64,000 nucleotides of DNA from a virus (IMGVR_UViG_3300028805_000065:74988-138987); one strand, 5' to 3'; counted from the stretch's first letter, positions 39,581-49,394 are shown. Translations and numbers: made by a program. The notes: generated by a model not told the origin, from the letters alone.

Positions 39581-39886
39581 ATGAAAGAGATTAAGGGAAT
39601 AAAATATACAGAGGGCGAGTATTTTGGAGTCGGAAACCTGAGGGCATATATCGGAATTTATGGTTATATCTACTATGTCGGAGCGAATTCCGATTTGGAA
39701 AAGCTTTACGATGTATTTGAAAAGCGGTATAGAGATAATCCATATGACAAGAACGGAATTCTCGTTCCCCGGTATGATGTGCATCCGTTGATGAATGCAA
39801 ATCGAAGCTATGGTTTAGAGATCCGAGACGGCAAATTCTGTATCGTGACTGCCGAAAAATTAGTTGAAAGAATTTTAAAATGGTAG
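39581..39886 (+). CDS. hypothetical protein (101 aa)
   Basis: ORF. Confidence 0.4.
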   Translation: MKEIKGIKYTEGEYFGVGNLRAYIGIYGYIYYVGANSDLEKLYDVFEKRYRDNPYDKNGILVPRYDVHPLMNANRSYGLEIRDGKFCIVTAEKLVERILKW

Positions 39887-39915
39887 TTGACAAACTACCG
39901 ACCAGGTGGTATCAT
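39887..39915 (+). promoter_or_regulatory. consensus early promoter TTGACA-N17-TATCAT with an ACTACCGACCAGGTGG spacer
   Basis: Same family; abuts the previous stop codon. Confidence 0.55.
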
Positions 39916-39961
39916 TATACTTGTAAGGAACAGTTAACAACCACTTGAGAGGAGATTTGAT

Positions 39962-40141
39962 ATGGCTTACATAGTCGATGTTTTTAAGGATTGGGATCAT
40001 GCGGAACACCGCTTTGACACAGAGGAAAAGGCGAGGAAGTTCGCAAAGATGGCTTCCAAATATGGGACTGTGTTTCTTTTAAAAGAAACGGTGAGTCCGG
40101 GCATCTATGATATTATAGAACTGATTGAAGAGGGAGTCTGA
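39962..40141 (+). CDS. small protein (59 aa)
   Basis: ATG after a GAGAGGAG RBS; frame verified. Confidence 0.35.
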   Translation: MAYIVDVFKDWDHAEHRFDTEEKARKFAKMASKYGTVFLLKETVSPGIYDIIELIEEGV

Positions 40142-40224
40142 GTCCGATTTCGGCGAGTCAGCTGAGAGGTTGAAGCGCCGAGATGAGAAGCAGAAAACCC
40201 AAATAAAGAGAGGAGAAGAAACTT

Positions 40225-40425
40225 ATGTTGGTTTGTGATTTTTTAGAACTTTGTGATGAGGCAATGGATGTTGAGTTGGTGGACATTATGACTGGCGAAG
40301 TTACAGTTGTTGACACGGAAGCATTCATCGTTGGAGATGAGTTGGACGAATGGGTTGACGATGTTGTTTCCCATTCAGTACGTGGTTGGAGCGTCAAACA
40401 CGGAAGACTCAGAATCGAGTATTAA
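40225..40425 (+). CDS. small acidic protein (66 aa)
   Basis: ORF after the AAAACCCAAATAAAGAGAGGAG leader. Confidence 0.4.
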   Translation: MLVCDFLELCDEAMDVELVDIMTGEVTVVDTEAFIVGDELDEWVDDVVSHSVRGWSVKHGRLRIEY

Positions 40426-40450
40426 TAACCCAATAACGAGAGGAGACATT

Positions 40451-40651
40451 ATGTATAAGGTAGGCGATGTCCGCATGGTGACATGCGTCAAAAACGGCAA
40501 GGTGCAGTACGTTACATACGGCGTATGCACCGCCGTCAATACCAACACAAATCCGCAGTTATGCGGTTCTACATGGCGGACATATTCCGCCAACAATGCA
40601 CCTGAAGAGGTGCGCAATGCGGTTAACATCCGCACCTACTGCTTCTATTAA
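40451..40651 (+). CDS. small Cys-containing protein (66 aa)
   Basis: ATG after AACCCAATAACGAGAGGAG. Confidence 0.4.
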   Translation: MYKVGDVRMVTCVKNGKVQYVTYGVCTAVNTNTNPQLCGSTWRTYSANNAPEEVRNAVNIRTYCFY

Positions 40652-40695
40652 GGGGCAGTATAGAATAGACAAACATAAACACAAAGGGAGAAACC

Positions 40696-40950
40696 ATGAC
40701 AAGATTAAAGATGGATCTGAACAATTTGCTGAAAAGGGATGCCTATAAAAGTATAGATGACATGTATGATAAAGGGCTTATAACTTTGGATGAAGCCATT
40801 AAGATGATGGCTGAGAGAGTTGGGCTTGAAGAAAGTGTCTTCAGGACTGTAAAGGAAGACAGTTTTGTGATGGCTGATATGTCAGAGTATGATTTACTTA
40901 AAAAGGTAAGAGGGAGTTCCACGGATGCTCTTAGAGAGTACATGAGATGA
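40696..40950 (+). CDS. hypothetical protein (84 aa)
   Basis: ORF. Confidence 0.4.
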   Translation: MTRLKMDLNNLLKRDAYKSIDDMYDKGLITLDEAIKMMAERVGLEESVFRTVKEDSFVMADMSEYDLLKKVRGSSTDALREYMR

Positions 40951-41054
40951 CACAAAGAGGGGGTACAAGTATGAGTATATCGTATATAGTTGGATATTGT
41001 ACGACGTGGGCAGTAATCCTATTCATTTTACACTGTTTGTTATAAGGGGGATAT

Positions 41055-41279
41055 ATGAAGAGCGAAATTCTGAAGAACCTATATGATAGATTAAACCAGT
41101 TGAAGTTCGGCTATGAACAGAAGTGTGATAGTTTTAAGAGCATGACTGATATGCAGTTATATGGATCGATGTACCCTGTCAATGCGATTAATGCGCTTAC
41201 GACAATGCAAGATACAAGGGTCAGAATTGATGAGTTACAGACACTCATCGCCATTATAGAGAATATGAGAGAGGAGTAA
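41055..41279 (+). CDS. hypothetical protein (74 aa)
   Basis: ORF. Confidence 0.4.
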   Translation: MKSEILKNLYDRLNQLKFGYEQKCDSFKSMTDMQLYGSMYPVNAINALTTMQDTRVRIDELQTLIAIIENMREE

Positions 41280-41282
41280 GAT

Positions 41283-41525
41283 ATGACAGTATACGAGGCA
41301 TATAAGGTTGTAACACAGGATGGTTTAGCAAAGAAGCTTTATGACTACATCGGTCATGAATATAATGAAGAGGCTGTTATGGCAGATCTTGAGCATGATT
41401 ACCTTACGATTAACGATGGACTCGATGACAACACATATATTTGGTACGAGGACGAGGTCTGTGAGGGTGCTATCTGCATTGAGGACGGCACTATTATAGG
41501 CAACACAGAGGGTATCCTGTGGTAA
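41283..41525 (+). CDS. hypothetical acidic protein (80 aa)
   Basis: ORF. Confidence 0.4.
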   Translation: MTVYEAYKVVTQDGLAKKLYDYIGHEYNEEAVMADLEHDYLTINDGLDDNTYIWYEDEVCEGAICIEDGTIIGNTEGILW

Positions 41526-41538
41526 GAAAGGAGAGTTT

Positions 41539-41832
41539 ATGAGAAGACAGTATTTCGTACATTACTATAAGAGATTTGGCAATACATATAGTTTGATGTA
41601 TGCGGACACAGAAGAGGATTTAAAGCTTATACCTGAGGATGCAGAGCGTATCACGAGAAAAGAAGCTGAGAGTCTTGCGTCCACTGAAAATTACAGACGA
41701 AAATACGACAGTAGTTGCTCCGGCTTCGCCGATAACGCAATCTATCCAGTCGGTATGACACAGGAAGAGATGTGGGATCTGCCGAATAGTCGCAAGTACT
41801 ACAAAGAAAAGTATATTTGGGAGAGGGTATAA
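41539..41832 (+). CDS. hypothetical protein (97 aa)
   Basis: ORF. Confidence 0.4.
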   Translation: MRRQYFVHYYKRFGNTYSLMYADTEEDLKLIPEDAERITRKEAESLASTENYRRKYDSSCSGFADNAIYPVGMTQEEMWDLPNSRKYYKEKYIWERV

Positions 41833-41840
41833 TTTATTCA

Positions 41841-41870
41841 AGAGTCGGTACATTGTATCGGCTCTTTTCT
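41841..41870 (+). terminator. rho-independent terminator-like hairpin (10-bp stem incl. 2 G.U) followed by a TTTT tract
   Basis: AGAGTCGGTA-cattg-TATCGGCTCT then TTTTCTT directly after the stop of 41539-41832; the next promoter lies 160 nt downstream. Confidence 0.45.
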
Positions 41871-42029
41871 TATGTCTATATTTGCCGTTTTAAGCCGTTT
41901 AGAGACTGTTTTGCCTATCGTTTGGACACTACTCCTGGTCCTAAATAAAAAGCCTATATAGGGCAAATACAAGCTTATTATTTGCTTACAGGCAGTGAAA
42001 AAATTATCTATATTATTTTAAAAAAATTG

Positions 42030-42058
42030 TTGACAGGCAACTTGATAGGTGGTATCAT
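42030..42058 (+). promoter_or_regulatory. consensus early promoter TTGACA-N17-TATCAT with a CAACTTGATAGGTGG spacer
   Basis: Same family. Confidence 0.55.
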
Positions 42059-42127
42059 AAGTACATCGATAAGAGATGAGCAACCTAAAAGGTTGAAAGC
42101 AAACCCAAGTAAAGAGAGGAGTTAGAA

Positions 42128-42802
42128 ATGGCTAGAGCAGAGATGAAAGTTAAACTTGTAGGTGATTACCAGTACGACAGACAGAAGTATGCTGGATACG
42201 GTTACGAAACTGTTAACATCTACAAGATGGCAGATGATAATGGCAACATCTATGTATGGAAGACAACATCGTGGCTTGCATACAATGATGAGCCGATTAA
42301 TCGAGGTTCTGTCATCGTAATCGTAGCCACAATCAAAGGCGAGTCCGAGTATAAGGGTGAGAAGCAGACCGAAATCAATAGGGTTAAGGTTAAAGAAGTC
42401 ATCGAGATGGGCAAGAGCATCGAGCAGATCCAAGCAGAGAGAGAAAAGGCTAGAGAGGCTAAGAGGGCTGAACAGCTTGCATCCATTAAGGGCGAGGATT
42501 TCATTTGGACAATGCCCTACAAGCAGTACAAAGAGAGATACGCCGATTGCGAGACGGTTATCGACTCTTTCGTCCGTCCCCGGTTTGGAGTCAGCCACAT
42601 CGATGTCATCATCCGAGAGGGTCGGCTTAAAGCCTCAGGTGTTAGAGGTAAGCACTTCCATTCCTATGCGCTTGAGTGGGAAGAGGACGGTGAGATAATC
42701 AGAGGCGTTTTCGTAGCAGTCGATTACGAACATGCCGAAGCACAGTTCCATAAGATGGTCGGCAAATACGCTGAATGCGAACTGGTAGAGCAGTATTGGT
42801 AA
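42128..42802 (+). CDS. hypothetical protein (224 aa)
   Basis: ORF after the AAACCCAAGTAAAGAGAGGAG leader; no motif. Confidence 0.45.
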   Translation: MARAEMKVKLVGDYQYDRQKYAGYGYETVNIYKMADDNGNIYVWKTTSWLAYNDEPINRGSVIVIVATIKGESEYKGEKQTEINRVKVKEVIEMGKSIEQIQAEREKAREAKRAEQLASIKGEDFIWTMPYKQYKERYADCETVIDSFVRPRFGVSHIDVIIREGRLKASGVRGKHFHSYALEWEEDGEIIRGVFVAVDYEHAEAQFHKMVGKYAECELVEQYW

Positions 42803-42851
42803 TGGGTTGAGGGGTTATCCCCTCTTCCCAGTAAAAGAAAAGGAGACTGAT

Positions 42852-43124
42852 ATGCAGAAGCACTTTGATGAGAACGACTATATTTATAAGGTTCAAAAGT
42901 GTGTCATGTTCAAACACGGCAAGGGGATCAGCGAGAGCCTCAATATCATTTATCCACTTAGTTGGTATGTCAATACTGGCAGAGCATCTGCATCGTTTAT
43001 AAAGGCGATGTACGAGGTCAAACCATACGTCATGGCTAGGCTTCTGGTCAAGGGCTATGACACAGGATCTCACGATGATGTAGTCAAAGCCATTAAGAAA
43101 AAAGTGGAGAAAGTTTCAAAATAG
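42852..43124 (+). CDS. hypothetical protein (90 aa)
   Basis: ATG after an AAAGGAG RBS. Confidence 0.4.
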   Translation: MQKHFDENDYIYKVQKCVMFKHGKGISESLNIIYPLSWYVNTGRASASFIKAMYEVKPYVMARLLVKGYDTGSHDDVVKAIKKKVEKVSK

Positions 43125-43127
43125 TGC

Positions 43128-43156
43128 TTGACTATACACCTGATAGGTGGTATACT
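43128..43156 (+). promoter_or_regulatory. early promoter variant TTGACT-N17-TATACT with an ACACCTGATAGGTGG inverted repeat
   Basis: Same architecture. Confidence 0.5.
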
Positions 43157-43242
43157 CTAAGAGTAGACAGATGAGGGACAGGGGTTCAAGATGGCGGTCT
43201 TGCCTGTCCCACACAAACCCAAATAACGAGAGGAGATTAAAG

Positions 43243-43815
43243 ATGGCTTATACCGTAGCGATGAGGGAAAAGATGGAGAAGAGACTTGCAAAGGTGTTTA
43301 AGGAGTGTATCGAGGAGATGGATGCTATCGATATCCCTTATGGCAACATCGTAGAAGTGACCGTTAATTACAGGGCTAAGAGCCGTTGGGGTCAGTGTTG
43401 CAGAAGATACGAGAATGGCGTGGTTTACAAAATCAACATTAATTGCGATCTCTGCCATCCTGATGCGTCAGAGAGGGGACTCAAGGAAACCATCATCCAT
43501 GAGATTCTGCATACTTGCCCCGACTGCATGTGCCATACAGGCGAGTGGAAGAGACTGGCAAATCTCGTCAACGATTGCTACAACTACAACGTGAAGCGTT
43601 GCAATTCCTCTGAGGATAAGGGGATGGATGATTTCTACAAGAACCATGACAGACAAGGCAGACCCGAAAAGCCTGTGACATGGAAGTATGAAATCGTATG
43701 CAAGGATTGCGGTAAGGTTGTCGGCAGAAGACAGAAGTCTTGCAAGCTGACAATGTATCCACAGAGATATAGATGCGCATATTGCTATGGTAATCTTAAG
43801 GTTATCGCAAACTGA
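43243..43815 (+). CDS. SprT-like zinc metalloprotease (190 aa)
   Basis: HExxH motif 'IIHEILHTCPDC' followed by C-terminal zinc-ribbon CxxC pairs (CKDCGK...CAYC). Confidence 0.5.
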   Translation: MAYTVAMREKMEKRLAKVFKECIEEMDAIDIPYGNIVEVTVNYRAKSRWGQCCRRYENGVVYKININCDLCHPDASERGLKETIIHEILHTCPDCMCHTGEWKRLANLVNDCYNYNVKRCNSSEDKGMDDFYKNHDRQGRPEKPVTWKYEIVCKDCGKVVGRRQKSCKLTMYPQRYRCAYCYGNLKVIAN

Positions 43816-43831
43816 TAGAGAGGAGAAACAA

Positions 43832-44122
43832 ATGAGACCTCAGGACGTTGTAAGAAAGAACCGGGCATGGGATAGTAATAGAATGGAGAAGTTTGAAATC
43901 AACGGCAAGCTTGTTAAAACAAACTTCGGTGCGTACAACTATCCGTATTGGGATGGTAACGGCGGTGGCTATAGACGGATTTCTTTCCGAAAATCATACG
44001 GTGAGATCTTTGACGAACTTGTCGCATCAGGATACACATATATCAGATTCGTAGAAACGACTACTGCAATCCGTGGGTATCACGATGGTCACTATATGGC
44101 AGATAAAAGAATTATCAAATAG
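43832..44122 (+). CDS. hypothetical protein (96 aa)
   Basis: ATG after a GAGAGGAG RBS. Confidence 0.4.
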   Translation: MRPQDVVRKNRAWDSNRMEKFEINGKLVKTNFGAYNYPYWDGNGGGYRRISFRKSYGEIFDELVASGYTYIRFVETTTAIRGYHDGHYMADKRIIK

Positions 44123-44125
44123 TTG

Positions 44126-44154
44126 TTGACATACTACCTGTTAGGTGGTATCAT
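44126..44154 (+). promoter_or_regulatory. consensus early promoter TTGACA-N17-TATCAT with a TACCTGTTAGGTGG spacer
   Basis: Same family. Confidence 0.55.
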
Positions 44155-44208
44155 ATAAGAGAAGTCAAGGACAGGGCTACATAAAGCCACTAAGAAAGGA
44201 TATGACAA

Positions 44209-44493
44209 ATGGAGAACAAGAAAAGACTTGCCAAAGCGTATTTGGCTGACAAAGGTATCAAGGTATTTCAGAAGGACATGGATGCCGTAGACAGATTTTA
44301 TTCTACAGCCGTGAGACGCAATACTGGACATGGTACATACGATATTTTTAACCATAGAGAGATTTACGTAGTCTTTATGAAGGATGGCACACAGTACGAG
44401 ATCCTGAGGGAAACGGTCGACAAGGACGGCAACTTCTCCACCAACTCGGCGAAGTTCATCACACGAAGCGTCAGAACGATTCCAGCCGAGTAG
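44209..44493 (+). CDS. hypothetical protein (94 aa)
   Basis: ORF. Confidence 0.4.
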   Translation: MENKKRLAKAYLADKGIKVFQKDMDAVDRFYSTAVRRNTGHGTYDIFNHREIYVVFMKDGTQYEILRETVDKDGNFSTNSAKFITRSVRTIPAE

Positions 44494-44586
44494 GAAGATT
44501 TGAAATCTAACTGGGGAGCATTGCGCTCCCCATATTGAAAAATAATACTGTATTTAGTTGGGTGCTTAAATGAAAGGAGTAACATT

Positions 44587-45030
44587 ATGGCAAAAGTAAT
44601 TGATGCAAACGCAACATACACAGGCGGTGGAATCTATATCTATACTGGACAGCTTGATGATGGAACATTTTTCATGACCAATACTGAGTATTTAGATTAT
44701 ATCATGGTTCTTGATGCAGATCCTGAAGAAAATTGGGATGACAACTGTGATGAGCAGTGGCAAAATGAACATATGGTGGTTGAGTATTGTGGATTTGAAG
44801 CAATTAAAATCACGAGGGAAGCATTACAATATATCATTTCTAACAATCCTAGAGGAAATTATTCCGTAGGAGAAATCGAATCGGAACTCAAGTCTCTTGA
44901 ACCACAAGACGAGGAACTTGAGGGAAAGAAAGTGAGAATCGTGTTTGATGACGGAACAATTGCTGATATTACAGGCGAAATCGTGTTTACAGAAAACAAT
45001 AGAATTCATATTGTTAGAACAACACGATAA
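44587..45030 (+). CDS. hypothetical acidic protein (147 aa)
   Basis: ORF with an AAAGGAG RBS. Confidence 0.4.
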   Translation: MAKVIDANATYTGGGIYIYTGQLDDGTFFMTNTEYLDYIMVLDADPEENWDDNCDEQWQNEHMVVEYCGFEAIKITREALQYIISNNPRGNYSVGEIESELKSLEPQDEELEGKKVRIVFDDGTIADITGEIVFTENNRIHIVRTTR

Positions 45031-45049
45031 ATTGGAAAGGAGAAACATA

Positions 45050-45349
45050 ATGACAACACAAGAGAAAGAACTTAGGGAACGAATGATGGCAGTTAAAGCG
45101 ATGGAGTTTATGGCTCGTCAGGTTAATGATAAACAAGTGTTTAATATTTGGCTGATGGGTGGTGTTGCTGATGGGGATATCAATTACGGAGATTTAACTA
45201 TATGCGATAACGTGGAAGAAGACCCGGCATACGAGTATGCATCAGATCCCGATACCTTTTCATATTTAATGGGGTGTTTTCTCAGAACGATGAAAGCCTC
45301 ATATAAAAATGGTGGACTATGGTGCGGAGATATATTGAGTAACGAGTAA
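45050..45349 (+). CDS. hypothetical protein (99 aa)
   Basis: ATG after an AAAGGAG RBS. Confidence 0.4.
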   Translation: MTTQEKELRERMMAVKAMEFMARQVNDKQVFNIWLMGGVADGDINYGDLTICDNVEEDPAYEYASDPDTFSYLMGCFLRTMKASYKNGGLWCGDILSNE

Positions 45350-45413
45350 TAACACCTGGCTGAAAAATCTGACCAGTAAAACAAGAAGTGATACATAGAA
45401 AGGGGTTTTATTT

Positions 45414-45644
45414 ATGGCTTTTAAGGAACAGTGCGACATGGAATTTGTAATACCATTTGATGGAATTGTTGTGTATGACAAAGATGATATCAGATGGTGG
45501 ATGGGAACAACGGAAGACGGTTTAAAGATTTTTATCAATAGGTACATTGACAGAAATGTAGGGTTGAGGGGCTTCAGAATCTTTAGAGGTGGCGAGTACG
45601 TTGAAACCGTTGGAGAATATATGAAGAGAGAAATGAACGAATAG
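45414..45644 (+). CDS. hypothetical protein (76 aa)
   Basis: ORF. Confidence 0.4.
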   Translation: MAFKEQCDMEFVIPFDGIVVYDKDDIRWWMGTTEDGLKIFINRYIDRNVGLRGFRIFRGGEYVETVGEYMKREMNE

Positions 45645-45773
45645 TTGAACGAAGTCTTCGGATAACTCCGGGGACTTGGTTTAAAGATTCATAGGTTGTG
45701 CGGACATTGGCGGTGGAAGCATAACTTGCAACTATTAACAAACCCAAGTAACAAAGATAGGAGTGTATTTTTT

Positions 45774-45962
45774 ATGGGCGAAAAAAGGTGGAACGACAAC
45801 TTTGCTACAAACTATAACGAAAAAAGGAAACGAGATCCGTTATATAAATGCGATTACGATATTCTATACACGCAAAGCGTATTATGCGGATCACTGTCGG
45901 ATATAGATTCAAATCCACTAAAGGCAGATGAGTACGGATACTATCATGTAACAAGTATATAA
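45774..45962 (+). CDS. small protein (62 aa)
   Basis: ATG after AAACCCAAGTAACAAAGATAGGAG. Confidence 0.35.
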   Translation: MGEKRWNDNFATNYNEKRKRDPLYKCDYDILYTQSVLCGSLSDIDSNPLKADEYGYYHVTSI

Positions 45963-45982
45963 GCACGTTTAAGGGGGTAAGA

Positions 45983-46174
45983 ATGGATTTTAAGGTTGGA
46001 GATGTAGTAGTAATCAGCGATGGCAAAAACACGGCTCTGGTGCGCATAGACGGCGTTAAGAGGGGACATTTAAGGGTTGGGGGTCTGCTCTTTGACTGGT
46101 GCGGAAATGAAGTTGATTCGACCTATGAGCGTTATAAAATTTATCCTTTAAAGGTGGAAGAAAATGAAAAATAG
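45983..46174 (+). CDS. hypothetical protein (63 aa)
   Basis: ORF with an AAGGGGG RBS. Confidence 0.4.
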   Translation: MDFKVGDVVVISDGKNTALVRIDGVKRGHLRVGGLLFDWCGNEVDSTYERYKIYPLKVEENEK

Positions 46175-46177
46175 GTG

Positions 46178-46206
46178 TTGACAAAACACCTAATAAGTGG
46201 TATTCT
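46178..46206 (+). promoter_or_regulatory. early promoter TTGACA-N17-TATTCT with an AACACCTAATAAGTGG inverted repeat
   Basis: Same family; drives the recombinase gene. Confidence 0.5.
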
Positions 46207-46251
46207 ATACTCACAGAGGAACAGCAAACCCAATACAGAGAGGAGTTAACA

Positions 46252-47247
46252 ATGAAGAGAGTGACCGATATCAAAAACGAGATGGTAAACAAAGTCTTCA
46301 CAGATGGCGAAATCGAATCTTTCATGTTCGATGCTGGATATATCCCCTTTGACAGCGATTTGTCGGATGGAGTAATTGCAGTCTTTACAGACAGCAAGAG
46401 GCTTGTGTATATCAAGGGGTTCAGAGATGTCGATGGTAACATTGAAGTCACTGATGTTACAAGCAATAACAACATCAATAACGGAGACCAGACAAAGGTC
46501 GAGCCGTTCCACACATACGAGGATCTTGAGGCTGTATTCAACTACTTCAAGGAACGTGGACAGTGGAATCACTGGTTGGCTTGCCGACTGATGGTTGGTC
46601 TCGGACGTAGAAGCGGAGACACGCTGAACCTCAGATGGTGTGACCTCTACAAAGATAAGGAATGCACAAAGTTTTATGACAGATGCATGAAACTTAAGGA
46701 AGAGAAGACTGGTAAGATTATTGCTCCGCACATCACAGAATACGTTCAGATGAGCGTAGAGGAGTATCTTAAAGCCACTGGGATTAATCCGTCTTCCAAG
46801 TATGTTCAGAAGATTTTTGAGGTCAAGACCCCTGCCGTCAGGGTTGCCGTTAAGAAAGCCGTTGAGGCAGTCGGCATTGAATATCCCATAAGTCTTCACA
46901 GTTTCCGCAAGACATACGGGAACTGGACGTACAAGATCCACCGCAATGAGGGAGTGTGCTTGGAAATCATCCGAGGGATGTTCGGTCATTCCGACACAGG
47001 AATTACTCGTCTGTACATTGACCAGACAAACGAGGATGCCAAAAGATACGCAAATGACTTATCCGAGTATCTTCTCAGAAAAGAAGATGGCACGGCAGTA
47101 GAAATCAACAACTCTCCCAATGTCACAATAAAGGCTGAGAGCCTTAGAGATATCCTGTCTCTTGTGTTTGATGCCGGAGTTAATGGCAAGGATAAGTTTG
47201 ATACTATTAACACTATGATTACAAGGATTGAGAGAGAGGGGTTCTAA
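46252..47247 (+). CDS. tyrosine recombinase/integrase (331 aa)
   Basis: Catalytic signature in order: 'GLGRRSGD' (Arg I), 'SLHSFRKT' (H-x-x-R), 'GHSDTGITRLY' (His/Tyr nucleophile region). Confidence 0.6.
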   Translation: MKRVTDIKNEMVNKVFTDGEIESFMFDAGYIPFDSDLSDGVIAVFTDSKRLVYIKGFRDVDGNIEVTDVTSNNNINNGDQTKVEPFHTYEDLEAVFNYFKERGQWNHWLACRLMVGLGRRSGDTLNLRWCDLYKDKECTKFYDRCMKLKEEKTGKIIAPHITEYVQMSVEEYLKATGINPSSKYVQKIFEVKTPAVRVAVKKAVEAVGIEYPISLHSFRKTYGNWTYKIHRNEGVCLEIIRGMFGHSDTGITRLYIDQTNEDAKRYANDLSEYLLRKEDGTAVEINNSPNVTIKAESLRDILSLVFDAGVNGKDKFDTINTMITRIEREGF

Positions 47248-47270
47248 GCCCCTCAATCTCAGAGGGGACA

Positions 47271-47690
47271 ATGGGTGACGTGATGAAAGTCAGAGAAGCA
47301 ATCGAGAAGATAAGAATGTATGGCGGAACTAGTATCTATACGAATAATGGAACTGAAATCGTCCTGTTGAATCTCTGTAACAGCGAATGGGATTGTATCG
47401 GAAAAATCAAGAGGATTAACGGAAATAAAATTTACCGTGATATTTTCTGTCAGGTCAAACCGTCAAAACTGACACGGCATATGGAAGTAATTGAAAAGCA
47501 CACGATGTATTTTCCAGACGGGAATGGGTACTCATATTTCGATGAGGACGAGTATGTAATCCCGGAACGTGATATGAATCTTTTTGTTTCTCTTAATGGC
47601 GGAATCGATGAGTATCAAACGGTATCAGTTCCTGCATATATGTATGATGATATGATGTGGGCGTTTTGTGATAAATATGAGGTGGAATAA
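47271..47690 (+). CDS. hypothetical protein (139 aa)
   Basis: ORF. Confidence 0.4.
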   Translation: MGDVMKVREAIEKIRMYGGTSIYTNNGTEIVLLNLCNSEWDCIGKIKRINGNKIYRDIFCQVKPSKLTRHMEVIEKHTMYFPDGNGYSYFDEDEYVIPERDMNLFVSLNGGIDEYQTVSVPAYMYDDMMWAFCDKYEVE

Positions 47691-48125
47691 ATGAGACTCT
47701 GGCATAAATATCTAATCACGGCTTTACCTAGACGGCAACTTCTTGGTCAGTGGCGTGAGTGCTGTCTGATTGCAAAAAATATTGCGGAAAAAGGTACGCC
47801 AAATCATCTGCTTGTGAACAAAGTGATGGAATATCCAATTGGACATTTCTTTATATATTGCGAGTCAGTGTATGATGAGATGTGTTTTAGGGGATATAAA
47901 TGCAATCCAAATAAAATAATGCAGTATGCTGATGCATTGGGGTTCGACCACACTGATATATATGGAATTTATTATCCCGATATTTTTAGCGATTGGCATG
48001 ACAGAAGATACTTAAAACAATGTTTCTACAACCTACAGGAAAAGTATGACTGTGGCGGAATCAGCGAAAAAGAATGGGAAACGCTGAGAAGTAAATATCA
48101 GGATCTTATTTCAAGCGAGGAATGA
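47691..48125 (+). CDS. hypothetical protein (144 aa)
   Basis: ORF directly abutting the previous stop. Confidence 0.4.
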   Translation: MRLWHKYLITALPRRQLLGQWRECCLIAKNIAEKGTPNHLLVNKVMEYPIGHFFIYCESVYDEMCFRGYKCNPNKIMQYADALGFDHTDIYGIYYPDIFSDWHDRRYLKQCFYNLQEKYDCGGISEKEWETLRSKYQDLISSEE

Positions 48126-48130
48126 GGAAT

Positions 48131-48262
48131 ATGGAGTTCAAAAGAACAAGAAAGGGAATCTACGAATCTGATAATGGAATGAGAATTGAGCGCCACTATT
48201 ACGGTGGTGAAAAATGGTGGTATGTTTATACCGGGAGTGCGGTTTTTTGGCAAATCGTGTAG
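48131..48262 (+). CDS. small protein (43 aa)
   Basis: ATG after a GAGGAA RBS; frame verified. Confidence 0.3.
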   Translation: MEFKRTRKGIYESDNGMRIERHYYGGEKWWYVYTGSAVFWQIV

Positions 48263-48380
48263 TTTAGAAAATGCAAAGAAACGTGCGGAGAAATTTGCAA
48301 CGCAGAGGTGACGGAATGAGTATCGAAACATATTGGATGTTGCGTGGATGCCACTACCAGATCCGTGGAAAGGATAATAA

Positions 48381-48569
48381 ATGAATGAAAAGACTCTTGC
48401 GTACTTTGGATTGTTTACCATTGCGGTGATCGGATACGTTCTTGGCACTGGAGTTATTGGAGTAGTTGTGGGCATTGATTCCGATGGAAATGATAACCTA
48501 TTCCCATATGTCGCTTGGATAACTGGTGCAATTGCATATGGAGTAACGATGGTTATGCTGTGGAAATAA
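48381..48569 (+). CDS. small two-helix membrane protein (62 aa)
   Basis: Two hydrophobic helices (FGLFTIAVIGYVLGTGVIGVVVGI; VAWITGAIAYGVTMVMLW). Confidence 0.4.
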   Translation: MNEKTLAYFGLFTIAVIGYVLGTGVIGVVVGIDSDGNDNLFPYVAWITGAIAYGVTMVMLWK

Positions 48570-48591
48570 TTTTATATAGGGAGAATGAAAT

Positions 48592-48792
48592 ATGGCTGAA
48601 TATAAAGTGTATAAATACGGAATGCGCCTTAGAGGGTTTGCCCCAATGTGCCAGCCGATGAATGGTCTGGTGATGGCGAGTGGTAATGGTGATAAAAAAT
48701 ACTATAGTTATCTTTATTATAATAGGAAACTTACCGACAAGGAACTGAGAGACTACGAGTTGGATTTTATTGGCGAGGAAAAAAGAAAATGA
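48592..48792 (+). CDS. hypothetical protein (66 aa)
   Basis: ORF. Confidence 0.4.
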   Translation: MAEYKVYKYGMRLRGFAPMCQPMNGLVMASGNGDKKYYSYLYYNRKLTDKELRDYELDFIGEEKRK

Positions 48793-49394
48793 AACTTAGT
48801 AGAACCTATATCGGAATGGTTGAAAGGTATATCAACAGTCGTAGGCAAGGATGCTTATTGGAATGTGACGGAATTGCGATTGCCAATAACAGTATAAGCC
48901 TTATCTTATTTACACCAGTTCTTAATGACGATGGCAGTGGAATTTCTCCTATTGATTTTACTGGAATTAAAGTTACAGAATATCCCCACTTCAAGAACAG
49001 GATCTGGAAATACATCATTGAGCCTTACTGGGAAGACAGAACAAAATCTTATAAGCCAATGCCAATTACTTTGTTTTTGGAGGATATCAAGGCTGACGCA
49101 AAAAATGTCCACGATGAACTTGATATCCCGGTAAGAACAAAACTGTATGATGAGGCAGTAACGAATGGAAGATTTAAAACAGATGTTGCGTTAAAGTATG
49201 GCGGAGATGACGGAATATGGCTTAACCCGGAACTCCTGTATGATGTGGCAAAATTGATTACCTCTAAAGGAAAAGCGGTTGACATTTGGATTCCCAATAA
49301 CAAGAAACTGCCAGCCGTGGTTGTAGGGGAAAACAAATATGGAAGACACCTTGGTTTTGTATTGGGAACGATGAAAAATTATAAGGAAAACTGA
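48789..49394 (+). CDS. hypothetical protein (201 aa)
   Basis: ATGA-coupled ORF. Confidence 0.45.
   Translation: MKLSRTYIGMVERYINSRRQGCLLECDGIAIANNSISLILFTPVLNDDGSGISPIDFTGIKVTEYPHFKNRIWKYIIEPYWEDRTKSYKPMPITLFLEDIKADAKNVHDELDIPVRTKLYDEAVTNGRFKTDVALKYGGDDGIWLNPELLYDVAKLITSKGKAVDIWIPNNKKLPAVVVGENKYGRHLGFVLGTMKNYKEN

Noticed and set aside
44513-44531. GGGGAGC-attgc-GCTCCCC hairpin after gene 44209-44493 as an intrinsic terminator
   Set aside because: A strong stem, but it is not followed by a U-tract on either strand. Possibly an RNA stability element; not annotated as a terminator.
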